Below, piece after piece: positions 1 through 9,388 of a stretch of 46,275 bases of DNA. The position numbers and the translations under genes were made by a program. Origin of the DNA: a virus. Lineage: Duplodnaviria > Caudoviricetes. The stretch spans positions 1 through 46,275 of IMG/VR virus record IMGVR_UViG_3300006169_000027, one strand, 5' to 3'. The first letter of the stretch is position 1, and every line of letters begins with the position of its first letter. The notes below the pieces were generated by a model, which searched no databases, was not told the origin of the DNA, and saw only the letters and a program-made list of their open reading frames with translations.

Positions 1-87
1 CGCGGTATAGTACCACCGGCGCGGACGACCGACGTCATAATGCACGAATCCGGCATAAAGCGAAAGTCCGCCGTCTTGGATCTTCCC
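1..87 (+). repeat. Left copy of 87-bp terminal direct repeat (circular assembly overlap)
   Basis: Identical to 46189-46275. Confidence 0.97.
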
Positions 88-378
88 GGCTTTTATTAGT
101 TTCTTGATTTCCGCGTGTAGTTGTTTCGGCGTGAGTGTTGCCGCGACAATGTCGGCAGCTTTCGCGTTTAAGTGTTCGGAATTCTTCGCGCCTTTGACCT
201 TCTTGTTCCATGTAGGCGTTCGGTATCCGCTAAGGATCCGCAACGGTTGACCGATGTGATCACGGATCACTTGCAGATTCTTGACAAGTGTTTTCACGTT
301 GTCGATCTTGGATTCCGGAACCGGTGTTCCGTCCTTGCACATGAATTCCGACAAATAGAAATTTTTACTGAGTTTCAT
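1..378 (-). CDS. Endolysin, peptidase M15A family, 127 aa; continues across the join and ends at 46183-46188
   Basis: Manual translation MKLSKNFYLSEFMCKDG...ILSGYRTPTWNKKVKGAKNSEHLNAKAADI...GFVHYDVGRPRRWYYTAK*; SGYR, SxH-x6-D and FVHxD Zn-peptidase motifs; missing from the ORF track. Confidence 0.9.
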   Translation of the reverse strand, partial: MKLSKNFYLSEFMCKDGTPVPESKIDNVKTLVKNLQVIRDHIGQPLRILSGYRTPTWNKKVKGAKNSEHLNAKAADIVAATLTPKQLHAEIKKLIKAGKIQDGGLSLYAGFVHYDVGRPRRWYYTA

Positions 379-553
379 CGTGATATATTTTTAATAGGTG
401 ATTGACGAATTCGATGCCTTCACGACCATCGAACAAATTGTGAACTATGAACATTTCGCCATTCGGCACGATCACGACGCGCGGTCCACATGCACACGTC
501 GAATCGAAATCTTTATGCGGTTGAATATCATCAACCGGAACCACGCACCACAT
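365..553 (-). CDS. Small hypothetical protein in lysis cassette (H-x-CxC...HN-x-DGRE)
   Basis: 62-aa ORF packed between spanin and endolysin. Confidence 0.65.
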   Translation of the reverse strand: MWCVVPVDDIQPHKDFDSTCACGPRVVIVPNGEMFIVHNLFDGREGIEFVNHLLKIYHDETQ

Positions 554-556
554 AAA

Positions 557-1147
557 TCAAAATATTTTCGGGATCCGCCTGGAAAAGTACCACGCAAGCA
601 ATATCAAAACGATCGGGATCAACATGATCAAGGTCCGCTTGGTCAGTTGCTTCCCGAATTCCTTCGTCTGGATGATCAATTGCGATTGTGCGTCCCGCAA
701 TGCCGACTTGGTTCCATGTAGTTCCGCTTCCAAGGCGCGGGATCTGGATTGTTCCCGGTGCAATGAATCGCGCAACACATTCGTCGCACGGTGATCGATC
801 ACAATTTTTTCTTGGATGATCGTCCGGTCAATACATGGAAAGGTGTCGTAAATGACCGACACTTTCGATCCGGAATCGCAAAGGATCTTCCGCAAGGAAT
901 CGGCGTCCAATTCTTTCGCCACCGGCGCGCGTTCCGTGATGATCGTGTCGGAATTGAAAATTGTGTCGTTGAAACAAGGATTGAACCGCAACCATAGTCG
1001 TCCGACGTGATCGAACGCGGTGTCGTTGAATGTGACGGTTTTGACCGCCTTTTGAATGCGGCGTTGTGGATCGCATCCCGTAACGACAAGGACCGCGACC
1101 ATCATGATCGCGATCCATTTCATTCGGATAGCTGCACCGGTGATCAT
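557..1147 (-). CDS. Putative unimolecular spanin (lipoprotein with C-terminal TM helix)
   Basis: Start re-called to 1147 (ATGA overlap with upstream stop); lipobox VLVVTG-C; coiled-coil stretch; C-terminal TLIMLIPIVLILLAWYF. Confidence 0.7.
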   Translation of the reverse strand: MITGAAIRMKWIAIMMVAVLVVTGCDPQRRIQKAVKTVTFNDTAFDHVGRLWLRFNPCFNDTIFNSDTIITERAPVAKELDADSLRKILCDSGSKVSVIYDTFPCIDRTIIQEKIVIDHRATNVLRDSLHREQSRSRALEAELHGTKSALRDAQSQLIIQTKEFGKQLTKRTLIMLIPIVLILLAWYFSRRIPKIF

Positions 1148-1566
1148 CTTCGAATTGTTGTTGATCGTTTCGGTGCGTCCGGCGTCTTTAGTTGTTGAAC
1201 CGATATTTCGCCGGTCTTCAATTTCACATTCTTTCGCCGCACCAACCAAGAAAAGACGATTGGAGCAAGCGCGGTGACAAGACCTAGCCACATCGTTAAT
1301 TGTTCCGGCGAAAGCCTTCCCGCCGACACCAAGATCGAACCGATGGATCCGACAACGTGCCGGAGTGCGCCGCCAAGACTTTCTTCCGTGACTTCTTTTG
1401 CAATGAAGGACCAAACGATTGAGATCACCGAAAGGATCGCGCCGCCGATGATTTCCACGGTGTTCGAATCAAGCGGATTTCCGAACAAGGAAATGTTCTT
1501 TCCGATCAACCATCCGCCGACAAGCGTGAACACATATCGAAGGACCGTTTTCAATGTTTCATTCAT
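1144..1566 (-). CDS. Putative holin, multi-pass membrane protein
   Basis: About four hydrophobic segments, basic C-terminus, lysis context. Confidence 0.7.
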   Translation of the reverse strand: MNETLKTVLRYVFTLVGGWLIGKNISLFGNPLDSNTVEIIGGAILSVISIVWSFIAKEVTEESLGGALRHVVGSIGSILVSAGRLSPEQLTMWLGLVTALAPIVFSWLVRRKNVKLKTGEISVQQLKTPDAPKRSTTIRR

Positions 1567-1598
1567 GTTTCAAATTTTAAGGTGAAAAAAAAAATATT

Positions 1599-2015
1599 TC
1601 ATCGGTGATCGTCGCGACCACGCGAACGGATCTTGTCAATCTGCTTTTCCAAATCGTCGAACCGGTGTCCGACACGTTCATCGATGTCTTCGAAACGATC
1701 ATTCACGCGGTCGATCTTTCCTTCGATGGTTCCCATCCACCGGGATTGAGTGACGCGATATTCGTTTTCTGAATCGACGATCTTGCGGACTTCCGATTGA
1801 ACCGTCCTTTCCACTTGTTCCGCTTTTAGACTTGCGCTTCGCGCTTCATTCTTCGCTGAATTGATGTCGGCGGTGATCTTGTTGATCATCCAGATGATCA
1901 AAAAACCAATCACACCGATGATCACCGCACCGGTGATCAGATTTGCGATCCAGACGTTCCCGGTGTCCGCGACATCCGAATCGATTTGTTTTTGCAGTAG
2001 ATAAAACATGATCAA
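1599..2015 (-). CDS. Single-TM coiled-coil protein (holin/antiholin-like)
   Basis: One TM segment then coiled coil; start of lysis cassette. Confidence 0.55.
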   Translation of the reverse strand: MIMFYLLQKQIDSDVADTGNVWIANLITGAVIIGVIGFLIIWMINKITADINSAKNEARSASLKAEQVERTVQSEVRKIVDSENEYRVTQSRWMGTIEGKIDRVNDRFEDIDERVGHRFDDLEKQIDKIRSRGRDDHR

Positions 2016-2019
2016 GGTG

Positions 2020-2292
2020 TCAGGATTTTTTCTTCCGTTGCAATGAATCCGCCGCCGCTTTTTTATTCAACGAATCAAGCGTTTTCAATTGAAAGTTGAC
2101 TTGATCGACGATGAATTTTTTCGCGGCTTCGACCGTGGTGTGTGGCGCGTTGGATTGGTTGATCACTTGAACAACAATTTCCCAATCTTGGATAGTTCCA
2201 TTGACGGCGAAGACCGGCGTTTGTTGTGTAGGTGCTGACGCCTGGAACGCGGTGATCATTGCGACGATAGCGATGAACAAAAGTTTTTTCAT
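2020..2292 (-). CDS. Small helical protein with signal peptide, possible fibre-assembly chaperone
   Basis: MKKLLFIAIVAMITAFQASA N-terminus; short amphipathic helices; directly follows the fibre genes. Confidence 0.55.
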   Translation of the reverse strand: MKKLLFIAIVAMITAFQASAPTQQTPVFAVNGTIQDWEIVVQVINQSNAPHTTVEAAKKFIVDQVNFQLKTLDSLNKKAAADSLQRKKKS

Positions 2293-2319
2293 GATTTCCA
2301 TTTTTTCATTTTTAAAGTA

Positions 2320-4698
2320 TTAACGGCGCGGATTGACCGACATCCGTCGTTTCTTTTGCAATTTCGCATTATTCACGCGAAACTTCCACTTTCGCCATCC
2401 TTTCACATTTTCCGGTGTGGATCCACCGCCGCCGATCCAATCGGTGAAAGTTGGTGCGGTCGGAATCAATGCACAATTCGTCGTATAAGTGAAGTCTGAA
2501 AATTGCGGTTCGCCTTCGTGACGCGTACCGACACCCGCCGGCGAACCATCGAACAAGGTATTGTTGCAGATGATCGATGTGCCGCGATCAAAAGTGTTGT
2601 AAGTGTCATACCCCCAAACATGATTTCCGCCGACATTGATGCCGAACCGATTGCCCCAAACGTAGACGGTCGATGAATCCCATTCCGGACCGCGATCGTT
2701 CACCGATCCGAGTGGTCCCCACGTCGGACGGTTGTCCAAGAAGACGTTCGACGGATAGGATGCAACTTGTCCCGGATACATGCCCGGATTGATCCACCGT
2801 TCATCATTGTAAATATATCCCGTATATGCACCGGCGATCGAAGGAAAGCGCGGAAGGATCCCGGCGGAATCACCCCGGTTGTTATACATCCAATTTTTTT
2901 CCACGCCAAGACATCCGAATGAATAAAGAAACGTGCATGAAATATAGTTGTCGTGCATGTATGCGCGCGACGTCAATCCACCGATCCAAATTCCGGTTCC
3001 TTGTTGTTGGTTTTCTTCGTAACCGGCACGACGAACCACATTCCGCGCGATTTCCTGATATCCGGAATCTGCGCCGCCTAGCTGAATCGCCGAACGATTC
3101 GCGGAATCACAATACACGTTCAAGATCCGGATGTTCGAAAGACGCATTGGAATCAAATGGACCGACACGCCACGCGGAACGGCTCCCGAATATGGACGGG
3201 ATCCCGCGCGCGGTTTGCGTGCCGTTGTCTTCGTATTGACAAGCATGGAAGGAACATCGCCACCGTCCGGGATGAACACTTGCATCGTCGTCCGTTGTGC
3301 CTTACCATCGACCACGCGTGTCGCGCGGACGGTGCGAAGGCGTGAAGATCCGGAAAGCGTTGACGCGCATTCATACGTCCGATTCCCGACCGGATCCGTG
3401 TTCCCGGCATAGACGCCATCTTGAAAGATATTGTATGCGTGGACGTTCTGAATGGTGATGTGGTCCATGGACCATTTCGTCCAATTCAAGGAATCGCCCG
3501 CCGGCGGACATGCGGGATCCTGTTTGATCCAGGCGATGTATGTTTTTTTATAGACGCGAAAGTTTTCGATGATCACATATTTCGATCGACCGCCAACAAC
3601 GACCGCCGGTTGTTGCACGTCTTCCGTCGAATTCGATGCGTTGGTGTTGGTGATAAAGAATCCGTATGTCATCGATTCCGTGGACAATGTTTGATTGTTG
3701 AACGTCGGTTTCGTCACCGTGCCGGATCCGGGACCGGTTCCGGTCATCTTCACAAAATGACAATGTTCAAGATTGATTTGATCGCGGATCACCGGGATCC
3801 CGTTGTTGATGATCACGATCGGACATTGTTGCGTCCCGCGCAAATTGTAGATGTAGATATAATTCCATGTAGGATTTGCGCCGCCTAACGCCTGACGAAT
3901 TTCAATCGTGTCACCGGGAGCGTACAAAGATCCGTTGATGATCTGACCATTGTCACCCGCCGGCAAAAACGAATATTTTGTCCCGGCACATTGCGCGATC
4001 GTGATGGTGACGTCGTCCGTCGATGTAGACGCATTTGCCGCCGTCGTGGTGACACGAAAGACGTGGACGCCGACGGGAAGGTCCGTCACGGTCGTCGATG
4101 CCGAATTCGGGCTTGTAATGACGCCACCGGAGCCTTCAAGACGTGTCCATTGATAGCCGGTGATCGATGTGGATCCGGGCCACGAAAAGGATGCGTCTAG
4201 TGTGACGGTCTGACCTTGCGGTTTTGATTGGTCGCCGCCGGCGGATGCGTGCATCAAGTTCACGCCGGAAGTCGGGATGATCTGGATGAAGTCGACATTG
4301 AATCCGTCAGTCACACCGGACACGCGCATCGTGCGCGCGCCTGACGTGATGGATCCCGTGATCGCGGATGTCAACACATAGGTCGTCCATCCGCCGGTAT
4401 TATTGACGGTCGCCGTTCCAATCTGAACGCCATCGATGGACACGCCGACGGTCTTTCCGCCGAATCCAGACGCCACGCGCAAATAAATGTTGTATGACTG
4501 CGTCGAAGGAATTACAATCGGATATTCCATCCAATCGCCGGCGTCAATATAGCCGACGTTTTTACCGGCAGATGTGCCGGCGGTCGTTTCCACTTGCACG
4601 CCGATAGCGTCGGAATACGATTCCGCTTCGACGTGGATCATTTGTGCGTCCGCCTGGAAAATAGCAAGGAACGCCAAACATGACAAGATTTGTTTCAT
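2320..4698 (-). CDS. Signal peptide + CBM6-like + PKD + right-handed beta-helix protein (depolymerase/adhesin-like), 792 aa
   Basis: MKQILSCLAFLAIFQADA-Q; HVEAESY..NVGYIDAGDWMEY..TGGW..FNVDF (CBM6); ASAGGDQ..VTLDAS..YQW..DDVTITI (PKD); repeated beta-helix-like strands. Confidence 0.8.
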   Translation of the reverse strand: MKQILSCLAFLAIFQADAQMIHVEAESYSDAIGVQVETTAGTSAGKNVGYIDAGDWMEYPIVIPSTQSYNIYLRVASGFGGKTVGVSIDGVQIGTATVNNTGGWTTYVLTSAITGSITSGARTMRVSGVTDGFNVDFIQIIPTSGVNLMHASAGGDQSKPQGQTVTLDASFSWPGSTSITGYQWTRLEGSGGVITSPNSASTTVTDLPVGVHVFRVTTTAANASTSTDDVTITIAQCAGTKYSFLPAGDNGQIINGSLYAPGDTIEIRQALGGANPTWNYIYIYNLRGTQQCPIVIINNGIPVIRDQINLEHCHFVKMTGTGPGSGTVTKPTFNNQTLSTESMTYGFFITNTNASNSTEDVQQPAVVVGGRSKYVIIENFRVYKKTYIAWIKQDPACPPAGDSLNWTKWSMDHITIQNVHAYNIFQDGVYAGNTDPVGNRTYECASTLSGSSRLRTVRATRVVDGKAQRTTMQVFIPDGGDVPSMLVNTKTTARKPRAGSRPYSGAVPRGVSVHLIPMRLSNIRILNVYCDSANRSAIQLGGADSGYQEIARNVVRRAGYEENQQQGTGIWIGGLTSRAYMHDNYISCTFLYSFGCLGVEKNWMYNNRGDSAGILPRFPSIAGAYTGYIYNDERWINPGMYPGQVASYPSNVFLDNRPTWGPLGSVNDRGPEWDSSTVYVWGNRFGINVGGNHVWGYDTYNTFDRGTSIICNNTLFDGSPAGVGTRHEGEPQFSDFTYTTNCALIPTAPTFTDWIGGGGSTPENVKGWRKWKFRVNNAKLQKKRRMSVNPRR

Positions 4699-4716
4699 CG
4701 CTTTTCGCTTTTGATG

Positions 4717-5349
4717 TTAGTATGTGTAAGCATTGACGACCAAGGATCCGACGTCCATGGTGTGACCGGCGGTCCCGGTCTTGATGACCACATGTGTCGT
4801 CGCTTGCGCCACGATGCGACGTCCGCCGCCGGAAAAGGATCTTGTTTGATCGTTTGCCCACACGACCGCGCCGGTATATTCGAACAATGGTTGCGCCGTG
4901 GTTGATGCCGGATCGAATGTTTTGATTTCCACGTTCATCGTGCGTGACGTCACATTGTCGGATTGCACTTGTTTCATGATCACGATCGCGTCATCGGTGT
5001 CCGCACCGTCCGCGCCGCCCCATCCATAGCGATAATTCCAACCGTAATCCGACGCGCCGGCGTCGTATGTGGTTCCGCCATCATCCGACACCCGCATTTC
5101 GATGTCGGTCCATTGGTCCGTTCTGACGCCGTTCAACAGGATTTCAAATCGCTTGTAAGTGCCGGACCATGTCGAAAGCGGAATGACAATCGTGTCTTTA
5201 TTGGAAAGGTTGACGCGTGTGTGAACAACGACACCGGCGTTCGCTTCTTCAAGTTGCGGTCCCGAATTGACGACCATGAATCCAAGGAAAGTTTGTCCAG
5301 ACGATGTAAGTGCGAGTGTTAGCGCAAGAAGGAAAAAGATCTTTTTCAT
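4717..5349 (-). CDS. Signal-peptide-bearing fibre-tip-like beta protein
   Basis: MKKIFFLLALTLALTSSG-Q; YKRFEILLNGV..MRVSDDGGTTYD..DY pattern resembles phage fibre distal domains. Confidence 0.6.
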   Translation of the reverse strand: MKKIFFLLALTLALTSSGQTFLGFMVVNSGPQLEEANAGVVVHTRVNLSNKDTIVIPLSTWSGTYKRFEILLNGVRTDQWTDIEMRVSDDGGTTYDAGASDYGWNYRYGWGGADGADTDDAIVIMKQVQSDNVTSRTMNVEIKTFDPASTTAQPLFEYTGAVVWANDQTRSFSGGGRRIVAQATTHVVIKTGTAGHTMDVGSLVVNAYTY

Positions 5350-5373
5350 GTTGCTTTTTTTATTTGTTTAAAA

Positions 5374-6159
5374 TTACTTGAATTCGAAGATGATGATGAC
5401 ACCGGCGGTCCCTGCTCCACCGGCGCGCGCTTGGTTTGCGGTCGACAATGCACCGCCGCCGCCGCCACCGTAGCCGGTCGCCGCATTTCCTGCCGCCGCC
5501 GCCACCAATCCAAGACCACCCGCGCCTAAAACAGACGAACCGCCATTCCCGGAAGTGCCGACCGTGCCTGATATACGAATCCCGACGTCACCGGGTTCGC
5601 CGCCACGATTGACATCGCCGTTCGTGGATACCGTTCCACCCGCGCCGCCGGCAACACCCGCCGCCGTGGTTCCCGTTGCTTGAAATCCGCCGCCCGAACC
5701 ACCGGGAGCCGTGTATGTTGTTCCGCCGATGGTGATCGTGGTATTTCCGCCGTTGCCGCCATTGCTGCCCGTTGTTGTCCCGGCGGTTCCGGCTGCGCCG
5801 ATTGCGTATGTGTAAGACGTTGCCGATGAAATGCCGGTCAAGAATTTTTCCAGATACGAACCGGATCCGCCGCCACCCGCCGCCGCGACGGAACTATTCG
5901 CACCGGCAACGCCGCCACCGCCACCGCCACCGCCAACCATGCGGATCCAAATTTTTGTTGTCCCGGCGGTCGGAGTGTAGGATGTTCCAGATGTCAACAC
6001 ACGGATCCCGATGATTTGACCTTGCGCCGCCGCGATCGCGGACGTGTTGGTTGCGATCGTGGATTCATTCGCCGCCACGCGTGAAGGAATGTTCGATGAA
6101 TGTTGCGCGTGAATAACACTTGTTATCAACACACATAAAGCAAAAAAGACTTTTTTCAT
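5374..6159 (-). CDS. Signal-peptide-bearing glycine-rich tail fibre-like protein
   Basis: MKKVFFALCVLITSVIHA-Q; TSGTSYTPTAGT..VGGGGGGGG..GGGGSGSY..GAGTAGVIIIFEF, a typical phage Gly-rich domain. Confidence 0.75.
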   Translation of the reverse strand: MKKVFFALCVLITSVIHAQHSSNIPSRVAANESTIATNTSAIAAAQGQIIGIRVLTSGTSYTPTAGTTKIWIRMVGGGGGGGGVAGANSSVAAAGGGGSGSYLEKFLTGISSATSYTYAIGAAGTAGTTTGSNGGNGGNTTITIGGTTYTAPGGSGGGFQATGTTAAGVAGGAGGTVSTNGDVNRGGEPGDVGIRISGTVGTSGNGGSSVLGAGGLGLVAAAAGNAATGYGGGGGGALSTANQARAGGAGTAGVIIIFEFK

Positions 6160-6172
6160 ATTGCTTCAAATT

Positions 6173-9100
6173 TTAGTTGATGATTTTCCATGTGCCGCCT
6201 TGCGCGACGATGTGAAGGACCGAATTCGCCGGAATAGTCGTCAACGCATTATTCAACGCATTGACCGGTCGGTTCGATGCACCGAAATTCCACGCGGATC
6301 CGAATCCATTCCGGATGATGATTTCGCGTCCATCCTGACCGGTTGCCGATGCCATGGTGAACGTGTTGGTCCCTTCCGAAAGTTCGATGTAATGGTCGGT
6401 CGCTTGCAACGTGTAGTCCGCCGCCGGAATGGATTTCACCGCCAACCGGCGCGCGCCTTCCGTGGCGAAAAGTGTGGTGACAAGTCCAGATCCGCCGCCG
6501 TTGAACACGACACCCGGATTCCCGGTTCCATCGTTCAATTCAAATTGTCCGGTTCCGGCGTCGTTGTAAAGTGTCCCGATCGTGGTTCCGCTTTGCTGCA
6601 AATTGATCGCCGTGGTGAAGGTGTTGCCGATTGCAAGCGTTTGGGCAAGCGATTCGCCGCCACCGCTTCCGGCGTTGGAGTTGACGAAGACGCCGTTTTG
6701 ATAGGTCAAGACCTGACCGTTCGTCGGCGATGTAAGTGTCACGCCGACCGATTGTTGCCATCCTTTGACGCCGGTCGACGGATCGGTTCCGTAGACCTTC
6801 GCGTTTCCGGGTGCGGCGTCGTCGTTCAAAAGTTCAACCGTGCCGCCATTTTCGTCAAGTGACTTTTGGAATGTATATGTCGATCCGCCGCCGCTTGCAT
6901 TGATGACATACGGTGACGCGATCGTTCCGGAACCGGTGACGGTGACATTCGTGCCGGCGGAAATGTGACCGGTGATGTTTGCGATCTTGGCGTTCCATGT
7001 GGAAATATTTCCGGAAGTGATCCCGGACGCCGCCGATGCGGTGAAGATCGGATCCGTTTCCGCGCCGCCGGCGGAAGGTGCGACGTTGACGAAGATCCCG
7101 TTTTGATATTGCAAGATGTCGCCGTTCGCCGGATTGGTGAGTTGCATCGTTGCGGATTGCTGCCATCCTTTCGTTCCGGACGCGTTGGTTCCGTAGACGT
7201 AAGAATTTCCAGGCGATGCGGCATCGTTGTCAAGTGTGACGGAAGATCCGGAAAGGTTCAACGATTGGTCGAACGTGTAAGTCGATCCAGATCCCGACGA
7301 ATTGATCACATAAGGCGACGCGATCGTTCCCGCACCCGTGATCGTCACATTCGATCCGGCGGAAATGAATCCCGCGATCGATGCGATGTCGAAGGAATAA
7401 AGAACCGCCGTGTCTTGCGTGACACCGTTGAATGTTCCGGTTTGCGGCGATCGTGTCACGCTTAAACGTGAAGATCCTTGAAAGCCTTGCGCGATGCCGA
7501 CGGCGGTCGTGTCATCCGGGAAAAAGAATGTCGAATCGAATTGCACCGGCGACGTGACGACCGAGTTGCCGATGTAAAAAGACGAACCGCCGGCGGATGA
7601 AGATCCCGGCGTTGATGTGGCATCAAATGACATGCGACCATTTGCATCGACGATCACATTTCGCGTCGTGCCGGTTGTCGCCGGCGGCGTGCCGTCCGTG
7701 TCAAGCGATGTAAATACGTTGTAATCGGATGAAAATGTTGTCGGTGTTCCCGCTTTCGTCTGGAACAACAAACCTTTGTCCGCCGTGTATGCTGATATGA
7801 CGAATTGTTCGGTGATGGCGGATCCGATCGATTGCAGAAAATGGTATCCGGCTAATTCAACGAATTGGATCCCGTTGCCGGATCCGAACACCATGCCGAT
7901 CCCGTTGTTCGCATCGTATCGAAGGGAAAGGCGGTTTGAATTGGTCGTCGTGCGAATGGAGTTTCCGATCCGGATGTCACCATTCACTTCCATCGGATAA
8001 GTATTGTTAGCCGTGTTGACTTGAATGCGCGTGTCGGCGCGCAAGGATCCAGAAATCCAGGCGTCGGCGGTTTGTGCGGATGCGAATTGATTCTTGATTG
8101 CGGTCGGATCGCTTTCCGTGTAAGTAAGTGACAACGTCGGCGTCGTCGTGGCGTTGGTCACGGTTCCGGTGAATCCGTTGCCGTTGGTGAATCCGAACGA
8201 TGTGACGGATCCCGTGCCGCCGGTGTTGAAAAGTGGCATTTCGGTCCCGGCTGCATTCTTGAAGTATGGAAGACCGTCATTTTTGACATAATACACACCC
8301 GCCGGCGGTGTTCCCATGGTTCCGGTCGTCGTGTTGATGTAGTATGCGTTCCCGTAAAAAGCCTTTTGTGTTGCCACATTTTCGACGAATGTTTTTTCAC
8401 CGTTGACGGTTTGATCGCCGGTCAACTTCACCGCCGTCGGATCGGATTCCGATGTCAGGAAAGACGGCGCGTTCGTGATGTTGTTCCAATGAACGGACGC
8501 TTGTCCCGACGTTTGAAGATTCGTTTTCGTGTAGTAATTCGGCGCGGCAGCTATCCAAACCGGATCCGATTCGGAAGTGATGCCGGGAGCCGGACCGGTG
8601 ATGACGTAAGGCGATCCGCTTGTCCCGGATCCCGTGATCGTGATGTTCGATCCTTGCGTGACTAGACCGGTGATGTTTGACAATTTCGAATTCCACGTCG
8701 ATATATTTCCCGCCGTGATACCGGATGCGGCAGATGCGCCGAACACCGGATCGGATTCCGTTGACAACTTGTTGTTGAAGTTCGTCCAATCGGACGACGA
8801 CAACAATCCGCGATTCGATCCGGACGCCGTCGGGATGTTGAATGTATGGACGCCGGATCCCGCGTTTGTGGAAATATTGAAGTCTGTTCCCGCCGATCCC
8901 GTTTGAAATGATTGCGCCGACACCGTGGATCCATTCAGATCCGTAATTCCGCCGCCACCCGCGCCCGTTTGATCCGCCGCGTTGGTCCAGACCGTGCCGT
9001 TAAATTTCAAGACCTGACCATTTTGCGGATTGGACAACGACACGTCGGAAAGATTTGCAAGAAGTGTCACGCCGCCGGCGTTAGATCCCGCCGGGACTGC

Positions 9101-9367
9101 CCACCGGATCGAACCTTTCCAGAATACCAATGAATCGCCGCCGGCATTTTGATAAATGGTGTCAACCGCGAAGGCGAATTCCGTGGTCCCGTTCCACTTG
9201 TTTCGAAGGAATGCGCCGGTCCGCGATCGCGTTGAATTACGGATCAACAATTCAGCATTCCCGCCAACTTTTTCCAGGCGGATCGAATCGCCGCGAATCG
9301 GAACGATCGATTGTGCGTCGGCGAATAATGACATCACCGTCAACACGAAGACCAAGATTTTTTTCAT
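6173..9367 (-). CDS. Signal-peptide-bearing long tail fibre-like protein, 1064 aa, with internal repeats
   Basis: MKKILVFVLTVMSLFADA-Q; repeated ESDP, GSNVTITGxGTxxSPYVI, NGQVLxYxNG and DAAxPGN..YGT..KGWQQS units; position after tail tube. Confidence 0.8.
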   Translation of the reverse strand: MKKILVFVLTVMSLFADAQSIVPIRGDSIRLEKVGGNAELLIRNSTRSRTGAFLRNKWNGTTEFAFAVDTIYQNAGGDSLVFWKGSIRWAVPAGSNAGGVTLLANLSDVSLSNPQNGQVLKFNGTVWTNAADQTGAGGGGITDLNGSTVSAQSFQTGSAGTDFNISTNAGSGVHTFNIPTASGSNRGLLSSSDWTNFNNKLSTESDPVFGASAASGITAGNISTWNSKLSNITGLVTQGSNITITGSGTSGSPYVITGPAPGITSESDPVWIAAAPNYYTKTNLQTSGQASVHWNNITNAPSFLTSESDPTAVKLTGDQTVNGEKTFVENVATQKAFYGNAYYINTTTGTMGTPPAGVYYVKNDGLPYFKNAAGTEMPLFNTGGTGSVTSFGFTNGNGFTGTVTNATTTPTLSLTYTESDPTAIKNQFASAQTADAWISGSLRADTRIQVNTANNTYPMEVNGDIRIGNSIRTTTNSNRLSLRYDANNGIGMVFGSGNGIQFVELAGYHFLQSIGSAITEQFVISAYTADKGLLFQTKAGTPTTFSSDYNVFTSLDTDGTPPATTGTTRNVIVDANGRMSFDATSTPGSSSAGGSSFYIGNSVVTSPVQFDSTFFFPDDTTAVGIAQGFQGSSRLSVTRSPQTGTFNGVTQDTAVLYSFDIASIAGFISAGSNVTITGAGTIASPYVINSSGSGSTYTFDQSLNLSGSSVTLDNDAASPGNSYVYGTNASGTKGWQQSATMQLTNPANGDILQYQNGIFVNVAPSAGGAETDPIFTASAASGITSGNISTWNAKIANITGHISAGTNVTVTGSGTIASPYVINASGGGSTYTFQKSLDENGGTVELLNDDAAPGNAKVYGTDPSTGVKGWQQSVGVTLTSPTNGQVLTYQNGVFVNSNAGSGGGESLAQTLAIGNTFTTAINLQQSGTTIGTLYNDAGTGQFELNDGTGNPGVVFNGGGSGLVTTLFATEGARRLAVKSIPAADYTLQATDHYIELSEGTNTFTMASATGQDGREIIIRNGFGSAWNFGASNRPVNALNNALTTIPANSVLHIVAQGGTWKIIN

Positions 9368-9388
9368 ACGAATTTTTGTTTTCTAATG

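Noticed and set aside
1-364. Apparent non-coding or structured RNA region at the contig start
   Set aside because: Fully coding for the endolysin on the minus strand
6173-9367. Diversity-generating retroelement acting on the fibres
   Set aside because: No reverse transcriptase and no adenine-specific template/variable repeat pair seen
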